64,000 nt of DNA from Eledone cirrhosa. Its lineage: Eukaryota. Within the stretch, counting starts at the first letter, position 1. The number at the start of each line of letters is the position of its first letter. The stretch spans positions 150,474,001 to 150,538,000 of the forward strand of contig OZ024741.1 in the NCBI GenBank assembly GCA_964016885.1, read 5' to 3'. The translations under genes and the position numbers were made by a program. A model generated the notes under the pieces. That model had not been told where the DNA came from, made no database searches, and saw only the letters and a list, made by a program, of their open reading frames with translations. Shown here in pieces: positions 26,137 to 41,879 of this stretch.

Positions 26137-28030
26137 GGTTTGAAGGTTCACCACTGGATAGAGCTGGTCAATTCCGCATGGTCAATCTTAATGTAATAAT
26201 ATGGAGAGTACTCAACGTAAAGCAGTTCAACCGTCTTCGTTTTTGTAGTTGGTGGTGCTAGTACGGAGTTACATATTATAATAAAATGACAGGAGGCTGG
26301 ACTTGTGTAAATCCTTGAAAGGTTTATTATACTATGATCATTTCAATGACCGGGTTCCGTATGAATCCGGTGATATCATCAGGTATTCGAAACATAATAA
26401 ATGAATGTAATAGCATCTTCCTCTTTAGCCGGTTGCCCTCAAGTGCTGGCTATTCGGTCTATTTGAGGCTATCTGGTGAGGGGGGTAAAGCTTATAGTGT
26501 GCTACTACCCTCCCGGTCAAATAGAAGAAAAACAGAAAGGGAGAGGAAGATAAGTCAGCGTTAATATCATGCTACACGAAAAAAGACAGAAAGAAGGGGG
26601 AAGCAAAGGAAGAAGAAAAAAGTCAGCGTAAATGTCTGGCTACAAGAAGAAAGACAGAAAGAAAGAGGAAGAAAAGTCCGTACTAATGTCAAGCTAGTCA
26701 GGCCAGGAATGGCGCGAAAAAAATTTATTCTAAAGGACACGTATCTTAACAGAGGTATATATTATAACAGAGGTAAATATAGTGGGGGTCTGCATGTTAT
26801 AATGTGTGAGCAGAAGATTGGAACGTTACATTTTTGTTTAGATTTATAGGATGAAGTTACAAAAATTTAATATTTAATATTAACATTATAAAATTAAAGA
26901 AATTAGAATTGAAAATTAAACAGTTTAAAAATTTTAAGGTTTTGGTTGCGAGATTTAAGTAAAGAAAGAGTCTTTTATGAAGAAACTTAATTTGTATTAT
27001 AGAGTAAAGATTATGTCTTTGTTTAGCAGTCAAACAGCATGCGGCGACTGCAGGCTCCGTCGGCCCATCCTAACCGCGTGTCAGCCCTTCCGAGTGAGAT
27101 CGCCTAGCGAAAGATATGGAAATCAATTTTTCCAAGTACTCTAGGAATGTATAACAGGCTTCAGGTGCGCCAGTGGGAAGTCAGCCCTCATCGTTAGGCC
27201 ATCCTTGTACCGAACCAGTACTATTAATTTACCCAGGAGGGGGATTTGTTTAAGTAGAGGGAGGCGTGATACATCTAATAGTTATGATTAGGTCTACAAT
27301 TTAAAGGTACTATATGGCGGTCAAAAAACCGGCTGCGCGCCAGGCCCCTGGGGCGAATCAATCCGCTCCGAGTAGTTTCATTTACCGAAAGAAGGTGAAA
27401 TTTACTTTTCCAAGCACTCAAGGTAGGCCTATGCGCCAGGAGGCCGGTCGCGCAGCCAGGAATACCAACCCAACAGTCCGACAGAAAATTGGAACGTTAA
27501 ATTATTGTTTAGATTTATAGGATGAAGTTAAAAAATTAAAGATTAACATTATAAAATTAAAGAGTTAGAACATTGAGAATTAAACAGTTAGAAAATTGAA
27601 AATTAAACAGTTTAAAGCTTTTTTAAGGTTTTGGGTTGCGAGGTTTAGTTAAAGAGATAGTCTTTTATGAAGAAACTTTAATTGTATTATGGAGATCCTC
27701 TATAAGTTATCCTAGTGGGATGTAGAGTAAAGGATATGTCCTTGTTTAGCAGTCAGACAGCATGTGGCGACTGCAGACCCCGGCCAGCCCATCCAAATCA
27801 CATATCAGCCATTCCGAGTGAGATCGCCTAGCGAAAGATATGGAAATCAATTATTCCAAGCACTCGAGGAATGTATTCCAGGATTCGGGTGTGCTAGTGG
27901 GGAGTCATCCATCGTCATTATGCCGTCGTTATGCCAAACGAGTACTATTAATTTATACAGGAGAGTCCGGATAATATGTATTTTTGTTCTCAGGAGAAGA
28001 CATTCTAGTGTCGAGTGTCGTGTGCTAATG
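26135..28030 (-). mobile_element. Probable PLE-derived non-coding element with internal ~430-480-bp diverged duplication (26815-27240 / 27485-27965)
   Basis: Bounded by (TA)n; hammerhead near one end; no intact ORF. Confidence 0.5.
26329..26386 (-). ncRNA. Type-I hammerhead with elongated stem II
   Basis: atac-CTGATGA-tatc-accggattc(atacg)gaacccggt-catt-GAAA-tgatc-ATA-gtat; palindromic ATGATCAT stem III. Confidence 0.72.
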
Positions 28031-28099
28031 GGTACAAGGATATATATATATATATATATATGGAGGAGGTTATAGTTCACTTGAAGCATTGTGTAATGA

Positions 28100-28470
28100 G
28101 GTATAAACGTTTGTATATGTATAATAAAGCAAAAACAATGCAGGTATGGACATAGAATAAAGAATGCAAATGCAAAAGATATTGTTGACAATTAGTCTTT
28201 TACCTTAGATTTATTTAAATGTCCTTAATTTTCCAGATAACATCTCTTCTTCGAAGAAGAGATATTATCTCGAAAATTAAGGACATTTAAATTAATATAG
28301 TGTGCTACTACCCTCCCGGTCAAATAGAAGAAAAACAGAGGAAGATAAGTCAGCGTTAATATCATGCTAAAAGACTAATTGTCAACAATATCTTTTGCAT
28401 TTGCATTCTTTATTCTATGTCCATACCTGCATTGTTTTGGCTTTATTATACATATACAAACGTTTATACA
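28100..28470. repeat. Nested inverted repeats: outer arms 28101-28201 / 28368-28468, inner palindrome ~28212-28292
   Basis: Mirror ORFs MSTISFAFAFF on both strands; inner palindrome centred on ttcgaa; 28297-28368 copies 26495-26575. Confidence 0.75.
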
Positions 28471-28482
28471 CACACACACACA

Positions 28483-29200
<718 letters not shown>

Positions 29201-29210
29201 GTATTAAAGT

Positions 29211-29263
<53 letters not shown>

Positions 29264-29874
29264 TATGTATGTACATATATATATGTATATATATGTATAT
29301 ATATATATGTGCATGTATATATGTATGTAAGTATGAGCATTTAAGTATGTGTATGTGAGTATATGTATTTTGTAGAGGTGTGCATATATGTTTGTGTGTG
29401 AATGCGTGGGCGAAAGGAGACGTACACTTGAAAGAAAAATGTAAGTCTGAATGTTAATTAAGTGCAAACACAAAACCAACCATGCATATCTATACTATCT
29501 CTAATCCTTCTATAGATTTAGAAAAATAACCAACGCCAAACAATATATTCTATAAAAATGTCAAAACAACAAATGGGAATCTAATTACTCACTGCCACCA
29601 AAAATTCTCACTGCTATCAAAAAACCACTCCCATACTATTCTTCTAATATTCGCTATAAAAACCAAACAGGTTCTCAATAAAATTATTCTGATGAAATGA
29701 CAGTTGATAATAACATTGAAATATTGAATGTCTGCATAACTAATACTTTGTAGATAGCAGCTGTTTTCAGGTTATGTAACTGTTATTGAAACACGTGTCA
29801 ATAAATTCCTTTTAACTGAACTGTATCCATTTAAATCTTTCTCTCTCTCTCTATATATATATACACACACACAA

Positions 29875-30412
<538 letters not shown>

Positions 30413-30413
30413 T

Positions 30414-30515
<102 letters not shown>

Positions 30516-30765
30516 TTCTAGAGTAACCAATCTTAAAGAGAGAAATGGAGATAGGAGAGGAGATAGGAGAGGAGAGATTGGTGAATTAGTTAGAAGCCAA
30601 AGCGTAAAGGCATGTGCTCAATGTGCAATATGCAGTAGAAAGCAGCTAGGTGGCTGGGTTCATGCAGAAGTTAGGCGCGCAGAGCTGGAAATATTCATTA
30701 GTTAAGCAAAACTATGAGCCGCTCTGTTTTTAAATATGTTAATTATTTTCAACTGAACCAGATCA

Positions 30766-30955
30766 ATAATTGTTTCTACTTTAGGCACAAGGCCAGCAAA
30801 TACCCAGTGCATTACTGGTACTTTATTTTATCGACCCCGTAAGGATGAAAGGCAAAGTCAACCTCGGCGGGATTTGAACTCAGATCGTAAAGGGACGTAA
30901 CTATGCTGGAAAGCATGGCGTCTGACCCTCTACCGATACTGCCAATCCACCGCCC
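30766..30955 (-). mobile_element. tRNA-derived SINE, full length
   Basis: Minus strand: ggcggtggattggcagtatcgg (A-box-like), gagttcaaatcc (B box), conserved tail. Confidence 0.88.
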
Positions 30956-31177
30956 AACCAGATATAATCAATAATGATATATAGTCATCTGATCCAGAAA
31001 TATTATATGGAGTAGCGAAATAATTGTAAACGGACATTATTATTATTAATATTATTATTATTATTCTCTACATTCCTTACATCAAACTAAAATATGTTGA
31101 CAATCTTTTAATAATGTCTTCCTTGTGAAATTTGTGGTCTTGTTTTGCTTAACTAATGAATATATATATATATATAT

Positions 31178-31890
31178 ATACTATATTATAATTTGAGATT
31201 AAACTCTCAGTCGTTTACAATAAATCAGCTCCAAGAAAGGGGCATTTCCGAGCAGTTAAATACATTAATATATATGATAAACACAAAACGTGTTTGCATT
31301 GCAACAGACAAAGTTAGCTATTAATGAAATAAACTAATTAAAGTGAATACAATTTGTCTGTCTCGATATAAGTCAATAAAGACAAGCTTATATTGGCAAA
31401 GGCCGTGATTCCTGGACAAATCTAAATTTCAAAATCCAAACCCGCTCCGTAGATGAATTTGAACTTCGAAACCTAAATATGTTTCGCAACGATGGTACAT
31501 GAATTGAAAAATAAAGAAAATCGAAATGGAATTGAAATAAAAAGTGAAATATCCAAATCTTCTGTGCTTATCAACAGGAACCCAGTAAAATTAGTATATT
31601 TCACCATCAAAAATTTTGCAGGTCTGACTACACGTGTGTCTAGCCAGGCCAAAGTAGCCGTCCCGCATTCCCGGTGCTAGAAATAACAGCCGTTTATGCG
31701 GGATTAAAGATCAGCTCTACAGTTAAGGAGCAATATACTATATTATAATTTGAGATTAAACTCTCAGTCGTTTACAATAAATCAGCTCCAAGAAAGGGGC
31801 ATTTCCGAGCAGTTAAATACATTAATATATATGATAAACACAAAACGTGTTTGCAATGCAAACACGTTTTGTGTTTATCATATATATTAA
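31178..31890 (-). mobile_element. 557-bp-unit element (1.2 units plus short inverted end) in (TA)n
   Basis: 31178-31300 repeated at 31735-31857; 31858-31890 folds back; candidate U3:A8 hammerhead at 31472-31578(-). Confidence 0.7.
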
Positions 31891-33454
31891 TATATATATA
31901 TATATATACTTTATTTCATGTTGCTCCTTCTACCTGGAGTTGCGACCGATAAAGTGTATTAGCAATTAGAAAGAAAGACCAACGGAAACATTGTTTCCTC
32001 AGTCCGATTGGACAAAAGTCAATCGACTGTCGATATATATATCTACGTACGTTTGGATATGCAAACGGGTGGAAAAGTAGTCAATACCAAAATAGAGCAT
32101 AATGTATATTTTACCACTGTGAATACTCTTTGTTACTCTGAATTACACTGTTACACGTTGATTGAGAATTACACGAACAGTGGTAAACCACGAACCTGAG
32201 AGTATCAACAGAGAGTAATCTCAGTAATACACCTCCATATACATTCACTTTATCTCACAGAATCCAAAAAGAATTGTAGAGAAAATCCATCCATTGCAAT
32301 ACCCCTCAAGACTCAACAGAGAAGAAGAAAGCCAGCATGACCCAAAAGCTCTGGAGTAAAAGCAGAAGCAGACGATCTGATTCTTACGCAAGACATTATC
32401 CACTCCATAACAACTGAAACAGAACGATATCCATAGATAACACACACCCTATACAACAAGCAACAATTGCTTGCTTGATTGTCTGTAATGTAATACAGCC
32501 AAAATGGCGCATAATGGGAAAATACTTTGAAAGGAAGTTGCCTCTGAAATGGGCCTTCCAGTTTCATTTCACATTATATACATGTCTGTATATATTTTAA
32601 TTATCTAAAAATTATTTTTAAGTGAACATGATTTAAAAAAAAATATTTTGAAGTGAACGTGACCCAACGGGTCACGGGTGGTTACTAAAATTTAACAATC
32701 CCCACAGGTTTACTCTACAGAATAAAATAACACAACTTATATTACACATGACATACACAACAGAAAAATTATAAAGGCTTTTAGATAAACATAAAGAGTT
32801 TGTATTGTAAAACCTGGGGTGGTTTGGTATCAAAAGTGTTAATGAGATCTGCATATATAACTAAAGGAAAGCAAATTATACATATGGTAACCCTTTTTCA
32901 GGCGTTCCTCCCAAATGAACACATGTCAACCCTTGTTTTGTTTTCTTAATCTCTACCACAATCAAAATAGATTTGTTTTATGTCGCTACTTTTTTTTTAA
33001 GGACTTAAGTTAAATTCTCTGTTTTCGTAAAATTGGTTAAATTCACATCATTTTGTTCTGTACTTTGTTTGACTTATTCTTACTTGCACTGATATTTTCT
33101 CTGATATTGCCACTTGCGAATTAATCACCTGTCATTTTTCTATTCTCAATATACACGCCATACCTCTCAGAGGCAAAGATATAGTTAATTACAAGAGTGC
33201 TCTTTTGAGTCCGTTTAATCTGTATTGTTAATAGTGTTATCTAATTGAAATTTCCACGCCACCTCATTCGACATCTTTGTTTTAGAGATTTTACTTTGTT
33301 TTGTTAGTTTATTCTTAACGAATCTCGCCTATCAACTACCTTTTTTCATTACATCTTTGAAAACACCTGTTTTCTTAATTAATCTTTTCGATTCACTATA
33401 TTCTAACAACATTGTTTTGATGTCCTTTCAAGCATTATATTCTATTTTTATGCA

Positions 33455-33610
33455 GCGAATTGGCAAAGTCATTAGAACGTCGAATAGAATACTTTGCAGT
33501 ATTCGTTCCGGCTCTCTGCGCACTGAATTCAAATCCCTTCGAGGTCAACTTTGTCTTTCATCCTTTAGAGGTCGATAAAAAAGTACCAGTCCAGTACTGG
33601 GTTAAATTCT
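33455..33610 (+). mobile_element. SINE, diverged
   Basis: gaattcaaatcc..gaggtcaactttgtctttcatccttt..gtcgataaa. Confidence 0.75.
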
Positions 33611-34535
33611 TTCTCTATATCGCTTTCCCACTTCTTCTCTATCACTCCTTTTCGAGGAGAAACCAACTGTGTTTAGATCTGGAGAAGAGATGTGCTTCAC
33701 CAGGTGAAGATGCACAAGACATGCTATATGATACTATGGCGCCACAACAACTCTATCAAGAGTCGGGGTTTCATACATACTATCTATTTTCACATTTCTA
33801 CATCCTACTTGTATATATGTTATATTATGTTTAATATTTGAACATCTTTATCCCTGTTCCTATAAACTTAGATCTTCCTTTGTTGTAATCCACCTTTAGG
33901 TTTTCTGTGAAATCGACCTCTTGTTATTGCTTCTTGTTATCATCGAAGGCTGACTTTTTAAATTTATTTTGTTACAATAGAAATTTAGAGGTGTTATCTT
34001 TACGTATATATGTTTAACAGTGATGACAGATATGAATAGGACTGGACGTTGCGTCCACTAGAAATAGGTGTGATGTACCAGTTACAACACAGGCAGCTTA
34101 ACAAATTAAGAATTTGGAGCAGATATTATACTAATTTAAAGTATCATAACATACAATATGTATGATGAATATGTTTCTCAGTGAAAAAGCTCAATGGGGT
34201 GTTTGTCCAGAGCATCAATAAATTTATATCTGCCGTCACTGTTAAATATCATTTCACCCCATGTGGTCTGGATTGACTATTTCTCTGAACATCACAGATA
34301 AAAAGGTATTTTTTAGTTTATTGATCTTATAATGAGGCGATTTCTCTGACGATTAGTTCCACGTTTCCCGGAGCTATACCAAAATCAATATTTGGTAATC
34401 GATAATCGATTACATATATCAATTTTCAATCCGTAAGGAATTTTAGTTTTTCCACTGTAAAACATATGGCGTTTACAAAATATTATGTTTTTTTTGTGTA
34501 TGTACAGAATACTCTATGTTTCTCTATCGATATAT

Positions 34536-34611
<76 letters not shown>

Positions 34612-34906
34612 GAATTATATCTATCTATCTATCTATATATATGCAGGTACGGGGCTTAATGGTTAGAGTGTTTGACTCTAAATTTGACGTTCATGTAGTT
34701 CATTCAATTGGAAAAAGATTCGTTGTACTCGTAATTCAATGGACCAGCTTTATCACACACTGTGTCACGATATGCCGCCCGTGGAATACCCAACCACTTG
34801 CGCATTAATTACGCGAACCGGCTGTTTCGTTGAATCATCATCGGAACCGACGATGATCCAACACACATACACACACACACACATACACCCCCCCCCCACA
34901 CACACG

Positions 34907-34938
<32 letters not shown>

Positions 34939-35097
34939 AATGAATATGGACGAAGATAGGAAAATGAACGAATACTGACAATGATCCTCTCTCATCAGCC
35001 GACAGCTAGAGATACGTTGACTCAGTGCTTTAAGGTCGATAAAACTCCTAGTGCACTAGGAACAGGACAAGAAGATAGTCTTAATGACTATTTACAA

Positions 35098-35289
35098 ACA
35101 ATTGTTTCTACTTTTGGCCCAAGGCCAGCAATTACCCCAGTATATTACTGGTACTTTATTTTATCGACCCCGTAAGGATGAAAGGCAAAGTTAACCTCGG
35201 CGGGATTTGAACCCAGAACGTAAAGGGCCATAACTCTATGCTGAAAGCGTGGTGTCTGATGCTCTACCGATACTGATAATCCGCCGCCC
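35098..35289 (-). mobile_element. SINE, full length
   Basis: Matches 30766-30955. Confidence 0.88.
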
Positions 35290-35657
35290 TTATTTACAAA
35301 TAATGCACAGGACAGTAACAAATGGATAAAAGTCAATACGATAGTCTTAACGACTATTTACGTATATATAAAAAAAAATTGCCACTAACTCATGATTTGC
35401 AATTGAAATGATACTGACAAGGCCCAACACATCGATTAGTCAAGAATACAAAATGGACGGTAAATTTTGAAATAAAGTCATCTGACAAAGGTATTTTAAA
35501 CCGGAAATATTAGGACAGATAAATCAAATAAGTGATACACCAACATCTTCGTTGCCTTCAACTTACTCCATAATCTACCGTCCATTTTGCATTGTCGCAG
35601 CCTTCAAATAACTTATCGCTATAAATGTATATATATGCATGTATGTGAGTGTGTGTA

Positions 35658-35756
<99 letters not shown>

Positions 35757-35960
35757 CTATGTTAAAAAAGAGATCGAAGTTTCAGTTTAACATATTTTAT
35801 TTGTAATCACGCATAAGTGTTTCGCAAATGAACAGCTCGGAGCTATAATCGGTTGCAATCAGCTCGATCCTAGGATCGATTTGCCTATCAGATGCAATGA
35901 AGATTAAAATGTAATCTCTCTTTCTGTGTATATATATGTATAATTTTTGTATCTCACACA

Positions 35961-36051
<91 letters not shown>

Positions 36052-36057
36052 GCACGC

Positions 36058-36112
<55 letters not shown>

Positions 36113-36701
36113 CATAACGAGAAAGAGTGAGATACATGAACAAAGCCAGCTCTGATTTATACAGTATTTTCGAATGTTTAAAATGTTTACACTGGTGTCA
36201 GCAGACGACAAGGGACATTAAAAATGTCGAAACTTACGATAACATATTTCCACTCTCTCCCTCTCTCACTGTTTTACTCTTTACCCCCTCTCTCCGTCGT
36301 TCTTCCATTCACCGTTACATTGTAACTCATTTTCTCGCTCTCTCTTATTTAATGACATTTGTTGACCTACAGCAAATCACAACTAGATATTGAAAAGCAA
36401 AAAGGAAAAATAAAAGAAACGACCAAAGTTATACAGATAGATTAGTAGCTAAATAGACAGGTAGATATATAGTAAGAGAGAGAAAATCATAAAGAAGAAC
36501 TGAAATACATACGAAAGTGAAAGAGAACAACATAGAGTGTGACTCTGTGTGTATGTGAGTGTGTGTGTGTTTGAGAGCGAGAGAGAGAAAGAGAAAGAAA
36601 GAGTGAGAAAGAAAAAAGATATATATATAGAGAGAGAGAGCGAGAGAGAGAGAGAAAGAGAGAGGAAAGAAGAAGAGAAAGAAAGAGAGCGAGAGCGAGC
36701 G

Positions 36702-36744
<43 letters not shown>

Positions 36745-36867
36745 GAGTGAGAGTGAGAGAGAGAGAGTATTTGTGTGAAGAAATTGTGACGATGGTTTCT
36801 TAATATCAAACTTTACAAACTTAATAACTGCAGTATGTTAGATTCACAGATATCAATAAATTCTAAA

Positions 36868-37015
36868 GGTGGGCGGAATGTTGAGAATTGGCGGAATCGT
36901 AAGAAAGTCGGATAGAATACTTTGTGGTTCAAATCCTACCGAGGTCAACTTTGCCTTTCATACTTTAGAAGTCGATAAAAAAAGTATTATTCCAGCACTG
37001 GGATCGATTCTTTCT
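36868..37015 (+). mobile_element. SINE, diverged
   Basis: ggttcaaatcctaccgaggtcaactttgcctttcat. Confidence 0.75.
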
Positions 37016-37466
37016 CTATAGCTCTTTCTCATTTCCTCTTTCTCGGGAAAAAACGACTGCTTTCTGACCCGGAGAGAGATGGATACACTAGGTTTAAATG
37101 TCTAAGACATATATCCCTCTAGAGCTCCCACAACTCCATCATGAACTAAAGGCTCATGGATGGGTGTGGATGAATAGATGGCCTAATTCCTGGATAAAAA
37201 GCAGATGGTCACCTGAGATGTGTCCCGTCTGACGGTGGGAAAATGTTTTCCACCATAACCTCGGATCGACCCACGAAGTATGAGTGAAATTGGGTAGACA
37301 GAAACTGTGCAAAAGAGAGTATGGTGAATGGACACTACGTGTAATTCAAAGTATCAGCCAGATATGAAATATATATATATTTATTATTAGAACAGATTAA
37401 AGTTTAAGCAAAGAATCGCTGCTTTCACCCTAGTCTTCACATTTATCATTACTATATATATATATA

Positions 37467-39349
37467 AACAATGAGTTATATGGTTTGTTGATTATAATTC
37501 AACAAATGGATATAGCTAATTATTATTCTTCCATAACTCCTAATTTACTTAACAAAGCATTAATTTATGCATCCAAACATACCGATTTATCGTGATGAAA
37601 TAAACATCATATTAACAGCAAGAAAAACCCTTATCAGCGATCTCTTGACTAGAGCCGATAGACCGAAGAATTTTGATATTACTATGGATTCTTCGGACTC
37701 AACTCAGGTTACTGACCTCATTGGCATTTTCATTCTAAACTCGTCACATAGGAAATTGCCGCAGGTTTATATCGGGACGATGCATTATTCATACTAGATA
37801 ATCATATCAATAGTGACCTTAACAATAAAAAGAAAATTATTATAGACTTCTTTAATAATTATGACCTTAAATTAGAAATAGAAAACAATAATAAAATAGT
37901 TAATTTCTTAGATGTCACCCTTAATTCAGGCATATACTACCCATTCCATAAGATTAATGAAAACCTCAACTACGTTAGCTTCTACTCAAACCACCATAGA
38001 AACGTTAAGAAAGCTATAGTCAATAGTGTCCAACAAAGAATTTCTAGACTCTCAGCTAATAAAAATATATTTGTTTACAAAGCTGAATACTATAACGACG
38101 CTTTACACAGAGCTGGATGCACAAATAAAATGAATTACATAGATAGGAATAATAAAAACCCACCGGCAAAAGTATATTGTAAAAATAACGAAAATAAACC
38201 ACCTAACCAAAATAGTGAACCATATAACAAAGCCAGAACCCGTTCTATAATTTGGTATTCACCTCCGATATCTTTAGGAATTAAGACATCTTTAGCACAC
38301 CAATTCTTTATAGCTCTAGATAAATGTTTTCCTAAATCCCACAAATACCATTCCATTTTTAACAGACATACAGTCAAGCTCTCTTACTCAACGACTATGA
38401 ATCTAGTCCAGAATATAGCAAAAATTAATAATAGAAATCTAAAAATAAACCAAATTGAAATAAACCAAAATAGCAATAATAATATAATTAATAACATTAG
38501 CAATAATAATAACGTATACCTTAATAATGATACTACATCTTCCAATAATAATACAAGAAAATGTAATTGCAGGAATAATATCTCTTGCCCACTAGTAATT
38601 TAGTATATAAATACACAATTAAAACTAAAGATAAACTGTATAAGTATATAGGTGCTACTTCATCAACATTTAAAGAGCGCTGGTATAACCACAAACATAC
38701 TTTAAACGCCCTGATAAGAAATTCTCAACTTCACTGTCGCAACTAATTTGGTCTTTAAAAGACAATAGCATTAAGTATTCAATCTCTTGGAATAAAATCA
38801 GATTGCTCCAGTATACCAAAATTCTTCAATTTCCAAAATTTGTCAGCTTTGTACCGAAGAAATCTTTAATATAATTACCAATCCTGGTAATATTATTAAC
38901 AAAAACAAAGAGATGTTTTATTCTTGTTTGCATAAATTTTCCAAGATCTTTCATAATCTCTATAAATGCTCTTTAACCACTTAACCATTTATATGATGCT
39001 CTGAAATCTTATCTAAGTTGTTTATTTACAATATAAATAAAATAATATAATAATAATTATAAAACCTAATAGATCGAAGCATATCTTATTCAATGTTTAT
39101 CGAAAATATACATTGAATGCAATGCTTGGAAGCTTATATAATTTAGAGTTATTCCCCGTAGTTTGTTTACATATTTAACAAACACGGTTATATATTTATT
39201 TACTCACATAATTATTATAATTGACCATATACATTTCTAGATTATAATTTTTTATGTAAACAATATAATTAGATTCACATTCTTAAAATATAAGATAAAA
39301 ATATATATCTATAGTTATATGACTCTTCTACACTCACGTATATAACGTA

Positions 39350-39350
<1 letters not shown>
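37467..39350 (+). mobile_element. Decayed Naiad-like PLE (RT + GIY-YIG + 3' UTR) between (TA)n tracts
   Basis: DIANYYSSIT, GLYRDDA (~37765), FLDVTL, WYSPP, FNRHTVKLSYS, CNCRNNISCPL, YIGATSSTFKERWYNH, CQLC. Confidence 0.85.
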
Positions 39351-39400
<50 letters not shown>

Positions 39401-39563
39401 ATTAGAATTGTAGCTCTGAAATAGCAATATATATATGGATGTAAATATAATGTATTTTGCAATACACTTTATGCTTAATTAAAAGCATTTTGAAGACCGT
39501 AAGCTATTGTTTTAAAGTAGTGACAAATTCACTCACTTCGATCTCAGCAAACAGGAGGAGATA

Positions 39564-39607
39564 AGCCGACATGACATGTTTCGCTTTTGTTGAAGCTTAT
39601 CAAGGCC
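39564..39607 (-). ncRNA. Hammerhead, U3:A8 core
   Basis: Reverse complement of 39918-39961. Confidence 0.78.
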
Positions 39608-39917
39608 AACTACCCCGCCCGTCTGCTGAGATCAATGATGTTATATTCTTATAGAAATCTAGTAAATAATCAGGAGCTGATTATGCAGAGCGGTTGTTGG
39701 TCAGGCAGAAATTAAAAATTAGAATTGTAGCTCTGAAATAGCAATATATATATGGATGTAAATATAATGTATTTTGCAATACACTTTATGCTTAATTAAA
39801 AGCATTTTGAAGACCGTAAGCTATTGTTTTAAAGTAGTGACAAATTCACTCACTTCGATCTCAGCAAACAGGAGAAGAATATAACATCATTGATCTCAGC
39901 AGACGGGCGGGGTAGTT

Positions 39918-39961
39918 GGCCTTGATAAGCTTCAACAAAAGCGAAACATGTCATGTCGGCT
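39918..39961 (+). ncRNA. Hammerhead, U3:A8 core
   Basis: ggcc-TTGATAA-gctt(caacaa)aagc-GAAA-catgtcat-GTC-ggct. Confidence 0.8.
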
Positions 39962-40234
39962 TATCTCCTCCTGTTTGCTGAGATCGAAGTGAGTGAATTT
40001 GTCACTACTTTAAAACAATAGCTTACGGTCTTCAAAATGCTTTTAATTAAGCATAAAGTGTATTGCAAAATACATTATATTTACATCCATATATATATTG
40101 CTATTTCAGAGCTACAATTCTAATTTTTAATTTCTGCCTGACCAACAACCGCTCTGAATAATCAGCTCCTGATTATTTACTAGATTTCTATAAGAATATA
40201 ACATCATTGATCTCAGCAGACGGGCGGGGTAGTT

Positions 40235-40278
40235 GGCCTTGATAAGCTTCAACAAAAGCGAAACATGTCATGTCGGCT
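40235..40278 (+). ncRNA. Hammerhead, U3:A8 core (next unit, +317)
   Basis: Identical to 39918-39961. Confidence 0.8.
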
Positions 40279-40642
40279 TATCTCCTCCTGTTTGCTGAGA
40301 TCGAAGTGAGTGAATTTGTCACTACTTTAAAACAATAGCTTACGGTCTTCAAAATGCTTTTAATTAAGCATAAAGTGTATTACAAAATACATTATATTTA
40401 CATCCATATATATATATATATATATATATGCATAATTCTACACTAATATTTCACCCTTTAACGACCGCCACACTATCTTTCAAAATTTATTTAGCGTCTA
40501 TAATAACGGCCCCTTTTTGTTTTAATGTATCCTTGTTAACTTATATCACTTGTGATTTAAATTTCTCACTGCCGTTAGCGAAATTACACTATTAAGACTA
40601 TGCGAAGGTATGTCAATATCTTAACACCAAATATTATATTAT

Positions 40643-40985
40643 GGTGAATTGGCAGTATCGGTAGAGGGTTGGACGCCATGCTTTGATGCATAGAGTTACG
40701 GCCCTTGCCATTCTGAGTTCAAATCCCGCCTAGGTTAACTTTGCCTTTCATCCTTACGGGGTCGATAAAATAAAGTACCAGTAATACACGGGGATAATTG
40801 CTGGCCTTGTGCCAAAAGTAGAAACAATTATATTATGTTTTATCTGATGAAAGCACACAAAAACTTTGTGTCCTTGAAAAACGTATTATAAAATAAATAC
40901 AGTATTATAAATGTATTAATATATAGGCGGTGGATTGGCAGTATCGGTAGAGGGTCGGACGCCATGCTTTGACGCATAGAGTTTT
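40643..40985 (+). mobile_element. SINE (40643-40830) plus isolated SINE head (40925-40985)
   Basis: ttggcagtatcggtagagg, gagttcaaatcc. Confidence 0.85.
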
Positions 40986-41041
40986 TTCTTTTCCTTTTTA
41001 CAAATATACCTAACTGTACCAAGGATTTCGCACATTTTCCA

Positions 41042-41072
<31 letters not shown>

Positions 41073-41879
41073 TGAATGTATGTATAGTATATTTGGCAAT
41101 ATACCGTATGTTTAATTATACATACATTCATGTATACATCGCTATTTCAGAGCACCAATCCGAATATATATATATACATATATATATATCCGATTACGCA
41201 ATGTTTTACGGACAGACAATACTTCCTCAGACGGCGAGTTACAAACAAATATAGGAATTACATAATGTTGGAGACATCGGATGGGGAGTTGTCTCAAATG
41301 CTATGTTTGGTGTTGTTCCATCATATAAAGTTAGAAGTATCAACAAACCATTGTTTGTCAATATCAGCTTTTAGTTAGTGGTGGATTAAAAAAATACTGG
41401 TGAGTGGTTGGTGGATGTTTATTTCTTTTGATTGAAGTTTGACTTTGATTTTTGCATATGTCGTAAAGTTTCGTTCTATCCGCTGTAGCTACTTGTCAGC
41501 TCTCATATATTTTATTGCTCATGAGAATAGTTCTTATCTGTTTAAGTTTTTTTATCAGCAATCTCTTTCACGGTTCATTTAGTGACTGTTCTTTAATAAA
41601 GATGTTCTTTTTCTTATATAGGTTAAAGGGGCATTATATAATTAGATATAGTTTTTTGTATGTATGTTGGCCTGTATGGGGATTTCACAAGGTGGATGCA
41701 ATGATATGTAGTAAAGAGCAACAATAGCAACAAAAATATGGAGGTAAATAGAGGAATAAATAAATTGATATATTGCACAGAGCAATAGAACGGCCTTGGA
41801 AATTTACACTTTAAACCATATTACGCCAGGAATCAGAAGAAGAGAAGAGTTACGGCAGTCAACTAGGTAAAGAGGAAAG

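Larger units (their letters stand above)
39396..40410. mobile_element. 317-bp-unit retrozyme-like array: 1.5 units, then an inversion at ~39874, then 1.7 units; (TA)n flanks
   Basis: attagaattg at 39401 and 39718; reverse complement from 39875; near-identical units. Confidence 0.88.

Noticed and set aside
29684-29735. CTGATGA-aatg..catt-GAAA hammerhead candidate
   Set aside because: Stem I and the NUH triplet do not close convincingly; possibly a decayed pLTR motif.
32250-32570. Possible host exon or CR1-like LINE tail
   Set aside because: Stops in all frames and only faint similarity (DLILTQDII); not supportable.
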